The notes: generated by a model from the sequence alone, not told the origin. Shown: positions 19,810 through 30,574, numbered from the stretch's first letter. The stretch: 64,000 nucleotides of DNA from Gemmatimonadota bacterium (GCA_003697105.1 RFFQ01000013.1:1-64000), one strand, 5' to 3'. Numbers and translations: made by a program.

Positions 19810-21099
19810 ATGCGGATGTATTCAATGTGGCTAGTGTTTATTCTAAGCAGTCTCTCACCGGCGGGATACACGCAACCGGTAATGGAGTGGTCGCCGTCTT
19901 TTTTTGATCTTCGGGTACAAACCTTGACCGAATTTGATACGACTTTAGCGATCTACAACCGGGGCACAGAACCCTTGACGGTCGGAACATCCATCACCTA
20001 CCGGGATTCTACAGATTGGCTGTTCCTACAACCGGACACCCTTTACCTTGCCCCAGCGGATTCGGAGGTAATACGGCTTCAGGTGGAAACCACCGCCTTA
20101 CCACCCGGTCTCTATTATGCCATGCTCAATCTTACTACCAATGACCCGCAGAATCCTGACATCCCAATTCCGGTAATCATGCGCTTGATTAATCATCCCG
20201 GTTGCCAACTGATCCTACCCCATAACGGGCTATTGCAAACCCAACTTCCTCAAGAAGCCGACACGACACTGGACTTTTTCGTACTCAATATCGGAGATGC
20301 CGAATGTATCATCCATGCCACACCCGGTGAGGAGTGGTTAGCCATCAGCCCAGCCACCTTTGAAATACAGCAGGATGCCAGCGAACCACTTTCCGTAACG
20401 GTCAATACACGAGGGCTAAGCGATGGCGAGCATTGGGGGCAGATTGAATTCCGGGACCAAGCGGGCAATTTCTACGGACTGGATGTTCAAGTGACGGTAA
20501 CACCGGTCTGTTTGCAACCGGTCGTGCACTTAACGCAGGCACAGGCAACCATTAATATCGATCTTTTCCCACCAGAGAGTGGCTATACACCCGTATTGGT
20601 GCGAGTGTGGCAACGCTACGGAGAAAGTGATTGGGAGTTGCGCTATTCCCTACCCATGCAAGATTCATTGCACGTGGAACTGTCTCTGGTACCGGAAAGC
20701 CCGAACTGGTTTCGATTCCAAACGGTCTGTGAAGGTGGCGTGCTCAGTACCTTTTTGGAGCTTGGACCCTTCATTTACCCCAGCACCGTTGGCGCGGTCA
20801 TGGATGGACTCACCATTCCGGCACAGAGCCAGCTATTACCGGCAGTGCCCAACCCCTTCAATCCGGTTACAACCATCCGGTATGAACTGGCCAAAGCTGC
20901 CGCCGTGCGGATCGATATTTATGACTTTAGTGGAAAACACGTGCGGCAATTGGTCAATGGGCTACAAAATGCCGGAGTTTATCACGTGCAATGGGATGGA
21001 TGCAACCAAATGCAGACTGAACTTCCTTCAGGACTCTACTTCTGCCACTGGCAAGCAGGAGCGATTACCGCCGTAAAACCACTGGTACTACTCCGCTAA
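19810..21099 (+). CDS. Secreted protein with Ig/BACON-like domains and FlgD-Ig/T9SS-type C-terminal domain
   Basis: Signal peptide; 'TTNDPQNP', two 'WL.i.P' Ig-like repeats; 'AVPNPFNP...PSGLYF'. Confidence 0.75.
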   Translation: MRMYSMWLVFILSSLSPAGYTQPVMEWSPSFFDLRVQTLTEFDTTLAIYNRGTEPLTVGTSITYRDSTDWLFLQPDTLYLAPADSEVIRLQVETTALPPGLYYAMLNLTTNDPQNPDIPIPVIMRLINHPGCQLILPHNGLLQTQLPQEADTTLDFFVLNIGDAECIIHATPGEEWLAISPATFEIQQDASEPLSVTVNTRGLSDGEHWGQIEFRDQAGNFYGLDVQVTVTPVCLQPVVHLTQAQATINIDLFPPESGYTPVLVRVWQRYGESDWELRYSLPMQDSLHVELSLVPESPNWFRFQTVCEGGVLSTFLELGPFIYPSTVGAVMDGLTIPAQSQLLPAVPNPFNPVTTIRYELAKAAAVRIDIYDFSGKHVRQLVNGLQNAGVYHVQWDGCNQMQTELPSGLYFCHWQAGAITAVKPLVLLR

Positions 21100-21112
21100 A
21101 TGGAGGTCAGGC

Positions 21113-23320
21113 ATGAAGTATATCGATCAATTGCGAGAGATGTTGCGCAAAAACATCTCAATGGTGCAGGTGGAGCGCCTGCAACAGCAGTTTATTACGG
21201 AGCTAAAGCTCAACAGTAACCAAATCCAGCAATTACTCGATGGATTGCTCACCATTGCTCGCATGGACCCCGACGCGCGATTGCGGGCAAATGCCCTGCG
21301 CATCATTGAACTCAGTTTTGAACCGGATGTTTTGCAAGCGTACACCCAACAATGGGTGGATTTCGTGCGGCAGGATTCCAGTTGGCGTGTCCGGCAGATT
21401 GCCGGACGTTTAATTGTCGCCCAACGGTTGACTCCGGATCAACAGGATCAATTGATCCAGCATCTGTCGCATGAATCCCATCCAAGCGTACTACTCGTGT
21501 TGGGGTTATTGCTGGGTGATGCCTTTCTGGAGGATTATCAGTATCATGCAATTGCCCGGTGGTACTATGAGCGGATTACCAACAGCAATCTGCCGCCATT
21601 GGATCCACAAGTGGACCATGCATTTAACCTGATTTTACATTGGATTCCCGATGTGGAACGCCACGTGATCGTCGCGGAAGTCACACAGGATACCGTCACC
21701 CAGTGGTCGGCATTGCATGCACTTGCCCAGCAAATCAATAAGATGGCAGATTCGCATCTTCACCGGCTATTGAAACAGGTGGCAAAAGGACAAATTTATG
21801 CCGATGGGTTGGATGAAATCTTTCATCTGTTTAACAAGATCAGCCATAAATGCAATGACGCTCTGATAGATCACCTGATCGAAGTCGTGCCTTACTACCC
21901 CCGATTTACCCAGTTGTTGCAAAAAAATGCCCGACGATTAACCGCGTCGCAAATTGAGAAGCTCATTTATTTGGCGGAAACAGCAACGGAACCATCCATC
22001 CAACAAGGAATTTACCGGGTTTTCACCCACGCCACATCCCAACTGAACCGGGAACACATCTACCGCCTGCTCTTTTTGCTCAGCGACCCGTTGGAAGAGA
22101 GTCGACAGATATTGCTGGAAGCACTGCGGGCACACGCTTCGCAATTGAACCCAGAACAGACTCGCATCATTGCCCGGCAATTACAACATGACACCAATCC
22201 TTCCCACATCTTTGCAATTTTGCAAACCACACCTCACCCGCTACCACTTACCGAACTATGCCCCCTGCTTGTCGATGCCCCCTTTCAGGATACCCGCGAA
22301 CGGCGAGAGCAAGTGGTGATCTTGCTGGAACGATACCTGACGGAAGTCAATGATGCCCTTCAAACCGGATTAATAACGCAAGCAATAACAGCAACCGAAG
22401 AGTGGCGATTTCAGCGAATCATTCTGATTTTGCAAGGGTTACAGTCCCGGTTGCGTCCGGATGATCTGAGCCGAATTCTCAGCATCCTACTGGAGGACCC
22501 CCAAAATCGGGAGGTCTCACGCCGGATGATCGCCGTGTTGCGGGCACTTCGAGGCGATCCCCCTCCAGAAAAAATCGAATTTTTAATGCACACCTTAGAG
22601 CATCGCCCTGTTGCCGCCATTCAGCGGGTCGTACTCGATGTGCTCCAAATTTATGCGCGCGCCCTCCGCCCGGATCATTTAAATCGCTTATTAAACCGGA
22701 TTGAGTTTGAAGGCGATCCCCAACGCCAACGAACGGTGCTCACCATTTTGCACATCCGGTTTAGTGCGCTGGAAGCCGGTCAGTTACATAAGATTATTAA
22801 AGCGTGGCAAGGTGGGTTATTTGTGGGGGCGTTGGTCAAAGATGTCATCCGGTTGTTGCGCCGCTGTTCGACACAATTGGATGAATCCCATGTGCAGGTA
22901 CTGTTCCGCATGTATGTGGAAGCCGTTGATGCCAGTTATCTGCGTGATCTATTCAATTTGTTGCAAATGCATACCGCTAAACTAGCGCCTCACAACTTGG
23001 AATATCTGATTCAAGCGATGAAAGCAAATGATGACCCCCAGCCAGTACGGTTGCTCCAGCGAGCAGTGGAGCAACTTAAGCCAGAACACATTGAGCAGTT
23101 GATCCAGATTGCCGAATCCAACGCCTCGGCGTTTGCTCGCCAAAATGCCGTTGCGTTGCTTGGGCGGCACGGAAATTTGAATGCGATCCAAGCCCTTGCA
23201 AAAATCCGAAGACACGAACGGTTGCGTCACCCGTTTAAAGCCTCTGAATTGGAAGAAGCCGCCTTTGAAGCCCTTTATGCAATCTACCTCCAGCACCCGG
23301 ATGCCTTTGAGGTTGCCTGA
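21113..23320 (+). CDS. HEAT/ARM-like alpha-solenoid repeat protein
   Basis: GGAGG RBS; HEAT-like 'DPDARLRANAL', 'DSSWRVRQIA', 'ARQNAVALLG'; repeated xLxxxxIxxL helices. Confidence 0.7.
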   Translation: MKYIDQLREMLRKNISMVQVERLQQQFITELKLNSNQIQQLLDGLLTIARMDPDARLRANALRIIELSFEPDVLQAYTQQWVDFVRQDSSWRVRQIAGRLIVAQRLTPDQQDQLIQHLSHESHPSVLLVLGLLLGDAFLEDYQYHAIARWYYERITNSNLPPLDPQVDHAFNLILHWIPDVERHVIVAEVTQDTVTQWSALHALAQQINKMADSHLHRLLKQVAKGQIYADGLDEIFHLFNKISHKCNDALIDHLIEVVPYYPRFTQLLQKNARRLTASQIEKLIYLAETATEPSIQQGIYRVFTHATSQLNREHIYRLLFLLSDPLEESRQILLEALRAHASQLNPEQTRIIARQLQHDTNPSHIFAILQTTPHPLPLTELCPLLVDAPFQDTRERREQVVILLERYLTEVNDALQTGLITQAITATEEWRFQRIILILQGLQSRLRPDDLSRILSILLEDPQNREVSRRMIAVLRALRGDPPPEKIEFLMHTLEHRPVAAIQRVVLDVLQIYARALRPDHLNRLLNRIEFEGDPQRQRTVLTILHIRFSALEAGQLHKIIKAWQGGLFVGALVKDVIRLLRRCSTQLDESHVQVLFRMYVEAVDASYLRDLFNLLQMHTAKLAPHNLEYLIQAMKANDDPQPVRLLQRAVEQLKPEHIEQLIQIAESNASAFARQNAVALLGRHGNLNAIQALAKIRRHERLRHPFKASELEEAAFEALYAIYLQHPDAFEVA

Positions 23321-23340
23321 ATCTTGAAACCCTTTCAATC

Positions 23341-23375
23341 AAAAAGAGCAGGTCTTAAGTGACCTGCTCTTTTTT
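23341..23375. terminator. Bidirectional intrinsic terminator
   Basis: AAAAAGAGCAGGTC-TTAAGT-GACCTGCTCTTTTT between convergent genes. Confidence 0.9.
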
Positions 23376-23402
23376 ACAGCCGTTCATGTGTGGGAGTGGG
23401 TC

Positions 23403-24986
23403 TCACACTTTTGGTCCGGCGTTAATAATGGCTTCGCTGGAGCCAGCTTTATATGTTTCAAAATTTTCATTGAATAAGTTCGCCAGTCGTTTTGCTGCCG
23501 CATCGTACGCCGCTTTATCTTCCCACGTGTTTTTCGGGTTTAGAATTTCCGCCGGCACATGCGGGCATTCCGTGGGGATATGCAATCCAAACACTGGGTC
23601 TTCTTGCGTGTTCACCTGTGCCAATTCTCCCGAATGAATCGCATCAATGATGGCGCGGGTGTGCTTTAGACTCATCCGGCTGCCGGTACCGTAACCGCCA
23701 CCCGTCCAACCGGTATTGACCAACCACGCATTGGTGTTGTGTTCGCGCATCTTTTGGGCGAGCAGTTCCGCATATTTGCTGGGATGCCAGACTAAAAATG
23801 CCGCGCCAAAGCATGCCGAAAAGGTGGCTTCCGGCTCCGTGATGCCAACTTCTGTACCGGCAACTTTCGCCGTATAACCACTAATAAAGTGATACATGGC
23901 TTGTTCGGGAGTCAACTTGCTAACCGGAGGCAAAACCCCAAAGGCGTCGCAAGTCAGGAAGATAATATTGCGAGGATGTCCTGCCATACACGGAATTTTG
24001 GCATTGGGGACGAATTCAATCGGGTAAGAGGCGCGGGTATTCTGGGTGATCGAAACATCGGCGTAATCAACTTCTCGTGTGTGCGGATCGAACACCACAT
24101 TTTCCAGAATCGAACCGTAGCGAATGGCGCTGTAAATCACCGGCTCTTTTTCGGGACTGAGGTCAATACATTTGGCGTAGCAACCCCCTTCAATATTAAA
24201 AATTCCGTCCGCCGTCCAACAATGTTCATCATCCCCGATCAATTTACGATTGAGGTCGGCTGACAACGTCGTTTTTCCAGTACCGGAGAGACCAAAAAAG
24301 AGGGCGACATCCCCATCATCGCCTTCATTGGCGGAGCAGTGCATGGAGAGCACACCTTGCTTGGGCATAAGATAGTTCATAATGGTGAAAATTCCTTTCT
24401 TCATTTCACCGGCATATTCTGTACCCAAAATGACGAATTCCCCGCGCTCAAAGCTGAGGTCAACACTGGTTTTGGAGGACATATACGTTGTATACCGGTT
24501 TGCTGGAAATTCACCGGAATTGAAGATCACATAATCCGGCTCGCCAAATTCGGCGAGTTGTTCCGGGGTCGGACGGACTAACATATTATACATAAAAAAA
24601 GCGTGGTACGCCCGGGTCGTAATCACCCGCACTTTAATTTGATATTGGGGGTCCCATCCGCCATAACCATCAAACACGTAAACCCGGTCTCGTGTATTTA
24701 AGTAGTCAATTGCCCGTTCGCGATTAATATCAAACGTATGTTCATCAATTTTCATGTTGATACTGCCCCACCAGATGTCATTCGTACTATCGGGATGGTC
24801 AACGATACGTTTATCCTTAGGGCTGCGACCGGTTTTAGCCCCAGACCGAACCGTCAGCGCCCCAGAACTGGTTAGATATGACCCACGTTCGTATTTCAGA
24901 GCATACTCATATAACACTGTAGGAACGGCATTCCGAATGATTTCCGGTCCCTTGATCCCATATTGCTCAAGTGTAAAATCAGTCAT
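23403..24986 (-). CDS. pckA: Phosphoenolpyruvate carboxykinase (ATP)
   Basis: 'TGRSPKDK', 'YAGEMKKG', 'MHCSAN', '[12 protein letters not shown]', 'IGDDEHCW', 'NIEGGCYAK'. Confidence 0.98.
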   Translation of the reverse strand: MTDFTLEQYGIKGPEIIRNAVPTVLYEYALKYERGSYLTSSGALTVRSGAKTGRSPKDKRIVDHPDSTNDIWWGSINMKIDEHTFDINRERAIDYLNTRDRVYVFDGYGGWDPQYQIKVRVITTRAYHAFFMYNMLVRPTPEQLAEFGEPDYVIFNSGEFPANRYTTYMSSKTSVDLSFERGEFVILGTEYAGEMKKGIFTIMNYLMPKQGVLSMHCSANEGDDGDVALFFGLSGTGKTTLSADLNRKLIGDDEHCWTADGIFNIEGGCYAKCIDLSPEKEPVIYSAIRYGSILENVVFDPHTREVDYADVSITQNTRASYPIEFVPNAKIPCMAGHPRNIIFLTCDAFGVLPPVSKLTPEQAMYHFISGYTAKVAGTEVGITEPEATFSACFGAAFLVWHPSKYAELLAQKMREHNTNAWLVNTGWTGGGYGTGSRMSLKHTRAIIDAIHSGELAQVNTQEDPVFGLHIPTECPHVPAEILNPKNTWEDKAAYDAAAKRLANLFNENFETYKAGSSEAIINAGPKV

Positions 24987-25055
24987 AAACACCTCTCTTA
25001 TGAAATAGATAATAAAAGAATGACAAACGGATTTATTTATGCCTTTAGAGAGAAC

Positions 25056-25084
25056 ATCTTACTAATTGCAATACTAAAAGTCAA
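25056..25084 (-). promoter_or_regulatory. Sigma70-type promoter for pckA
   Basis: Minus strand TTGACT-17 bp-TAAGAT. Confidence 0.6.
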
Positions 25085-25118
25085 GCGGATTTTCGCCGGA
25101 TAGAAGGCGGAAAAAGCG

Positions 25119-25147
25119 TTGACATCACCCTAGGGATTTGTTAATGT
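25119..25147 (+). promoter_or_regulatory. Putative sigma70 promoter for hrcA-grpE
   Basis: TTGACA-17 bp-TAATGT; weak -10. Confidence 0.45.
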
Positions 25148-25195
25148 TTGCCCCGATTAACTCCCCCTTATGCCCTTATGTTTCAGTGAGTTTAT

Positions 25196-26221
25196 ATGGC
25201 ACTAACCGAGCGCCAACGGGCGGTATTAAGCGCCCTTATCGATCGCTATATTGAGTCTGCAGAACCGGTGAGTTCCCGGATGTTGGCACGAACAACCACA
25301 TTGAATGTGAGTTCTGCCACGGTCCGCAACACAATGAGCGAACTGGAGGATTTGGGTTATTTGGACCAGCCCCATACCTCCGCCGGACGGATTCCCACAG
25401 ACCGGGCATACCGGCTGTATGTGGAAGAGCTGGTCCACCTGAAAGATGTGGCAACAGCGACTCAAGCACAGATTCGGGAAACAATTGATATTGCCACCAG
25501 TGTGGAAGACGTACTGGATCGTGCTTCACAAGTGTTGAGCCTCATTTGTGAGCAACTGGGAATTGCGCTATCCCCCCATTTTGACGATGGTATTTTTAAC
25601 GCACTGGAATTGATCCGCTTAGCCGAGCATCACCTATTGGTCGTATTAACCCTCAAATCCGGCTTAGTACGCACCATCAGTATGGAGCTACGGCTCGACT
25701 TGCCGCCGAGTATCCTGGCGCAAACCTCCCGTCTTCTGAACGAGCGATTGCACGGATTGACCTTACGCGAAATCCGCCACTCGATCAATGACCGGTTGCG
25801 GGATAAAGTCCGTCCAGACTTTCCGCTCCTCGTCCAGATTGTCCAGAATGCCGATCATGTGTTCCAGATGGAGCATGAGGTGCGCATATTTGTAGGCGAC
25901 CCGACCCGCCTCATCAACAAACCGGAATTTATGGACCGGGACCATATCGCCGATCTGTTCTGCCTGATGAATCGACGCCACCAGTTGGCAGGATTACTCA
26001 ATACAACCCCCCCTGAAATGAATGACTGGCACATCTCTATCGGTACAGAGCATCAGACCGAAGCCATGTCTAATTACAGTGTGGTCTCTTCGGCGTATCG
26101 TATCGGGAGTACCTACGGCACCGTAGGTATCATCGGGCCAAAACGGATGCCCTATGCCCGCTTGATCCCGATGGTTCAGTTTACCGCTAGTATTATCGAT
26201 GAAATGCTCGCCACCTATTAA
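25196..26221 (+). CDS. hrcA: Heat-inducible transcription repressor HrcA
   Basis: 'SSATVRNTMSELEDLGYLDQPHTSAGRIPT', 'GIIGPKRMPY'. Confidence 0.97.
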   Translation: MALTERQRAVLSALIDRYIESAEPVSSRMLARTTTLNVSSATVRNTMSELEDLGYLDQPHTSAGRIPTDRAYRLYVEELVHLKDVATATQAQIRETIDIATSVEDVLDRASQVLSLICEQLGIALSPHFDDGIFNALELIRLAEHHLLVVLTLKSGLVRTISMELRLDLPPSILAQTSRLLNERLHGLTLREIRHSINDRLRDKVRPDFPLLVQIVQNADHVFQMEHEVRIFVGDPTRLINKPEFMDRDHIADLFCLMNRRHQLAGLLNTTPPEMNDWHISIGTEHQTEAMSNYSVVSSAYRIGSTYGTVGIIGPKRMPYARLIPMVQFTASIIDEMLATY

Positions 26222-26272
26222 CACAACCATGAGGGTTTTATGTACGGACGATTGAAAACAAGGAGAACAGAC

Positions 26273-26893
26273 ATGTCACGAAAAGCAATGAAATTGCGTA
26301 AAACAGCAAAACAACGGCGCATCCGCCGTAAAACACGCTACAAACAGCGTAAAGCCCAACAGAGTAGTAAAAGCGCCTTGAGACGATTGCAACAAGCGCA
26401 TCAAGCAGAACTTGAGGAAAAAATGGCTCAAATCCAAGCGCTGCAGAAAAAAGTGGCAGAGCAGCAATACTTGCTCAAACAGGCTCAAGATAAATTTCTG
26501 GAAAAAATGAACGAGTTTGAGAATGCCAACAAGCGCCGGGAACGCGAAAAAGACGAATTTGCAAAAAATGCCAATAAAGATTTGATTCTGGATTTGCTGG
26601 AAGTGATCGATAGCATGGATCGCGCATTTGACAGCGTAGAAGAAACAGAACAAACAAAGCCGATTTTAGATGGCGTCGATAATCTGCACCGCCAATTCAT
26701 GCAAAAGCTGGAAAAATACGGTCTCAAACCGATGGAAGACCAGCCCGGCGACCCCTTTGATCCCGAAAAGCATGACGCCATGATGCAACAGGAAAGTGAA
26801 TACGAACCGGATCATCTGGTGCAAATCTTTCAAAAGGGATATTACCTGAACGATAAAATCATCCGCCATGCCAAAGTAATTGTCTCCAAATAG
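26273..26893 (+). CDS. grpE: Nucleotide exchange factor GrpE with an atypical basic N-terminus
   Basis: AAGGAG RBS; 'EFENANKR', 'DLLEVIDSMDRA', 'FDPEKHDA', 'KGYYLNDKIIRHAKVIV'. Confidence 0.92.
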   Translation: MSRKAMKLRKTAKQRRIRRKTRYKQRKAQQSSKSALRRLQQAHQAELEEKMAQIQALQKKVAEQQYLLKQAQDKFLEKMNEFENANKRREREKDEFAKNANKDLILDLLEVIDSMDRAFDSVEETEQTKPILDGVDNLHRQFMQKLEKYGLKPMEDQPGDPFDPEKHDAMMQQESEYEPDHLVQIFQKGYYLNDKIIRHAKVIVSK

Positions 26894-26916
26894 CACACCC
26901 CTTTACGAATTCTGGC

Positions 26917-26954
26917 ACACCCGATCTACACCGGATGTAGATCGGGTGTTTTTC
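26917..26954 (+). terminator. Intrinsic terminator after grpE
   Basis: ACACCCGATCTACA-CCGGA-TGTAGATCGGGTGT followed by a T tract. Confidence 0.9.
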
Positions 26955-27038
26955 TACAGGAACGACTCTTGCATCCTACCACCGGTTGAACCAAACCCAC
27001 ATCAGAGCCATTTCAGTTTACCTCTCCCCAACAACCGA

Positions 27039-28124
27039 ATGACAACGCTCCGCAAAATCATCCACATCGATATGGATGCCTTTTACCCCTCGGTAGAAAT
27101 CTTAGACCATCCGGAACTTACCGGCAAACCGGTTATTGTGGGAGGACGCCCCGAACACCGGGGGGTGGTTGCCTCAGCCAACTACGAGGCACGGAAATTT
27201 GGGGTACATTCAGCCATGCCGGCGGCAACTGCCAAGCGATTGTGCCCCCACGCAATATTTATCCCTCCACGCATGAACCGCTACCGCGAAGTCTCCCAGC
27301 AAATCCGTGCGATTTTTGAACAGTACACCCCCCTCATTGAACCCCTCTCCATTGATGAAGCCTATCTGGATGTGACCCACAATTATCAAGAAATCCCATC
27401 GGCGACCCGGATCGCCCAGCGAATCAAAACCCAAGTGCGGGAAGAAACCGGTCTGACCTGCTCCGCGGGTGTCTCTTTCAACAAATTCTTAGCCAAAGTT
27501 GCCTCCGACGAACGGAAGCCAAACGGACTTTCTGTAATTACCCCAGAAGATGCGCCAGCCTTTTTGGAGACTCTACCGGTACGAAAAATTCCCGGAGTGG
27601 GCAACGTCATGCAAGCCAAACTCAAGGAATTGGGCATTGAAATTGGCTACCAACTGCGGGAAAAATCGGAAGCCTTTTTAGTGCAACATTTCGGCAAAGT
27701 GGGCAGTCACCTCTACCAGATCATCCGGGGGAATGACCACCGTCCAGTAGTCACCCACCGGGAACGCAAGTCCATTAGTGTGGAAAACACCTTTCCGGTG
27801 GATTTGAGCTACGGAGACAAGCTGTTAGCCGAACTACAACAGCTCAGCCAGACCTTGTATCGCCGCATGAACCGGCGGGAACTTTCAGGGCGAACCGTGA
27901 CCCTTAAGGTCAAATTTCATGATTTTCAACAGATTACCCGCGCCACGACCGAAAAACATAATTTTGTCTCGGCGGAGGGCATCTTTCATGCCGCTCGACG
28001 GAAGTTACACTATGTTTGTCAGGTGGAATTTCCGGGTAAAAAAATCCGGTTATTGGGCATCGGAATTTCCAAATTTCATCACGACACCAGTGACCCGCAA
28101 CTGAATTTTTTGCATCTATTGTAA
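27039..28124 (+). CDS. dinB: DNA polymerase IV (Y family)
   Basis: 'RKIIHIDMDAFY', 'ANYEARKFGVHSAM', 'SIDEAYLD', 'KVASDERKPNG'. Confidence 0.97.
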   Translation: MTTLRKIIHIDMDAFYPSVEILDHPELTGKPVIVGGRPEHRGVVASANYEARKFGVHSAMPAATAKRLCPHAIFIPPRMNRYREVSQQIRAIFEQYTPLIEPLSIDEAYLDVTHNYQEIPSATRIAQRIKTQVREETGLTCSAGVSFNKFLAKVASDERKPNGLSVITPEDAPAFLETLPVRKIPGVGNVMQAKLKELGIEIGYQLREKSEAFLVQHFGKVGSHLYQIIRGNDHRPVVTHRERKSISVENTFPVDLSYGDKLLAELQQLSQTLYRRMNRRELSGRTVTLKVKFHDFQQITRATTEKHNFVSAEGIFHAARRKLHYVCQVEFPGKKIRLLGIGISKFHHDTSDPQLNFLHLL

Positions 28125-28226
28125 TCCCCCACGAAATCCTTGATTTTAGACCGGCATATCGGTTATGATAAGCTCACTTCAACCCCCACGGCATTAATTC
28201 TTTCCGCATTCAATCCGGAGGCATTC

Positions 28227-29747
28227 ATGAAGATTGCATTTGTGAATATCGGCGGCAGTATGTTTACCTTTCACAACGGTATTGCCGCCCTTTCTGCATA
28301 TATCAAGCACCATAGTGAGCATGAGGTCGCTCTGATCGATATGATTGGCCATCCGCGCCCTCTCAAATTTCAGCATCAGGTGGAGATCATCCAGCCCGAT
28401 GTAATCGCCTTTACCGCCATGACCATATACTGGCCCAATGTACGGGCATTAGCAACGCGGGCAAAGCAAATGAGTTCTGCTAAGACGATTGTGGGAGGAT
28501 ACCATCCGACGTTTGCCCCTGAAGAGTGTATTTCTCATCCGGCGATGGACGTCATTTGCCGGGGAGAAGGCGAGGAAGCCCTACTTGCCTTTCTGAATGC
28601 CCTAGAACGCGGAGAAGATTATACCCGAATTCCAAATCTATGGGTCAAAAAAGATGGAAATTTATATAAAAATGATATTCGTCCGCTGATCGCAAACATG
28701 GATGAGTTACCCTTCTGGGATCGGGACTTATTCAACTATGGTTCGTGGTATGATGCCATGCCAACATCACTCTCTGATTTAGACCGCCCGGAACGGACGG
28801 TCACCCTTGCCGCAAGCCGGGGATGCTACTATGACTGCACCTATTGTAGCAATGAGCCACTGAAAGCGATGTACGGCGGGAAAACATTCGTTCGTACCCG
28901 TTCCGTCGATCATATTATCAAAGAAATGAAGATGCTAAAAGCACGGTACAATCCCGACCTGTTTGAATTTCAGGAAGAGCTGTTTGTGGCACATCTGGAT
29001 TGGCTAGAAGAATTTGCCGATAAATACAAACGTGAAATTGGGCTTCCTTTTAACATTTCATACCGCGAGGAGTTAGCCCGAACCAAAAATATGGAACTTC
29101 TGGCAAAAGCCGGCTGTAACAGCATTGCATTTGGGGTTGAGTGCGGTAGTGAGGAATATCGTAAGAAATATCTGACCCGCCGCATGTCGAATCGAAAAAT
29201 TGAGGAAGCATTTGATCGCACCCACGAACTGGGCATGAAAGCCCTCTCCTTCAACATCATCGGTATGCCGTTTGAGACATACGATCTGATTCAAGAGACC
29301 ATCCAACTCAACCGGCGGTTACAAGCAGATTACCTGCAATGGTTTATTTACCAACCCTACCCCGGAACCATTTTGTATAATATCTGTAAAGAGAATGACT
29401 TGCTGTTGCCCGGCTACACGTCATCTTATATTTCCCTGCGACCGGGCATCAAATTGACCCACATCACCCGCGAGGAATTCCAGCAGTGCATGGAAGATTT
29501 TATGGCACTGCAACGTGAACAACAAGGTTATGACTGGCTCGACATCGCCGCCCAATCCAATGAAACCTTGGTCAATGTCCGCTATGCCACCGAGGAAGAA
29601 CGGTATGACATAATGGATTTATATAATCAGACCTTTCAGCGGGATCATGGGATAAACCGGTGGGAGTGGTTCCGCCGGAACCCAGAAGGCGCAGAAAAAA
29701 CCCCGTCGCCATCTCCAACCGGCAGAACGTCGTCGGAGCCCAGGTGA
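28227..29747 (+). CDS. B12-binding radical SAM protein (class B methylase-like); the C-terminus begins a GNAT domain that continues in another frame
   Basis: GGAGG RBS; 'VGGYHPT', 'RGEGE', 'ASRGCYYDCTYC' (CxxxCxxC), 'GVECGSE', 'PYPGT'. Confidence 0.88.
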   Translation: MKIAFVNIGGSMFTFHNGIAALSAYIKHHSEHEVALIDMIGHPRPLKFQHQVEIIQPDVIAFTAMTIYWPNVRALATRAKQMSSAKTIVGGYHPTFAPEECISHPAMDVICRGEGEEALLAFLNALERGEDYTRIPNLWVKKDGNLYKNDIRPLIANMDELPFWDRDLFNYGSWYDAMPTSLSDLDRPERTVTLAASRGCYYDCTYCSNEPLKAMYGGKTFVRTRSVDHIIKEMKMLKARYNPDLFEFQEELFVAHLDWLEEFADKYKREIGLPFNISYREELARTKNMELLAKAGCNSIAFGVECGSEEYRKKYLTRRMSNRKIEEAFDRTHELGMKALSFNIIGMPFETYDLIQETIQLNRRLQADYLQWFIYQPYPGTILYNICKENDLLLPGYTSSYISLRPGIKLTHITREEFQQCMEDFMALQREQQGYDWLDIAAQSNETLVNVRYATEEERYDIMDLYNQTFQRDHGINRWEWFRRNPEGAEKTPSPSPTGRTSSEPR

Positions 29748-30574
29748 TGCTACCGGTGCGCTTTTCGTTTCAGGGTAAAGAACTCAAAGGCATTCATGCG
29801 ATTGATTATAAAATGGATGTGGTTTTCCCGGGTGAAATACCGCCGCTGGATGGCTTTCAGTCCCGATACGATATCGCATACCGGATCAATATCCCATACC
29901 AGCGCCCCGAACTGGGCTATTTTAAGCGACGCAACGAACGATGGGATAAAGTGAAGTTAGTCAACTACACCGACCAACCGGTAACACCCATCAATCGACT
30001 CAAAAAAGAGATAAAACCCACCCGCCGCTCGCTCTCCCAAAAAGTGCGCCACCGGTTCGATAAATGGCGCTACCCAGTCCAGCAAATCGATCAATTTGAT
30101 GAGAGAGCGGATCGCTTGTGGGAGCGGTGCAAATCGGACTTCGGTCTGGCAATTGTGCGGGATGCTCGTTATCTGAACTGGCGTTACGTGGATTGTCCAG
30201 ATGTCAGTTATCTTAAAATCGGGGTCTTCAGTCCATCTGGAGCAGAATTAAACGGGTGGGCGGTGTTACGTTTGGATGGGATTCATCCCCAGACGGCATG
30301 TTTGGTGGATTGGCTTGTGCCCAATGCGGAAACGGGTATTGCCGAAATTTTGCGGCGCAACGTCGAGCATTCAACCCGGCTCGGCGGCGCTCAATTTTTG
30401 GAGGTCTGTTTTCCAGAAGGTTCTGTACCGGATCGATTGTTCCGGGCACACGGGTACCAACCGGCGCCGGCACCCGCAACGTTGATGGTACATGTTTTCA
30501 ACCCAGATAGAGTGGCAACAGACACGCTACAAAAGACGTGGTACTACACCTTGGGCGACTCCGAGATGTACTAA
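29695..30574 (+). pseudogene. Out-of-frame continuation (GNAT/FemAB-like acyltransferase domains) of the radical SAM gene
   Basis: 'VAISNRQNVVGAQVMLPVRF', 'RDARYLNWRY..P', 'WYYTLGDSE'; no convincing own start; junction at the A6C4 run 29695-29704. Confidence 0.65.

Noticed and set aside
25196-25216. CIRCE-like ATGGCACTA-ACC-GAGCGCCAA at the hrcA start
   Set aside because: Spacer is 3 nt with several mismatches; explained by coding sequence
26880-27038. 53-aa N-terminal extension of DinB
   Set aside because: Runs through the grpE terminator; homology begins at MTTLRKIIH
29695-29701. Canonical -1 ribosomal frameshift heptamer A_AAA_AAC
   Set aside because: It is phased to the downstream frame; the upstream frame reads GAA AAA ACC, so tandem slippage does not fit
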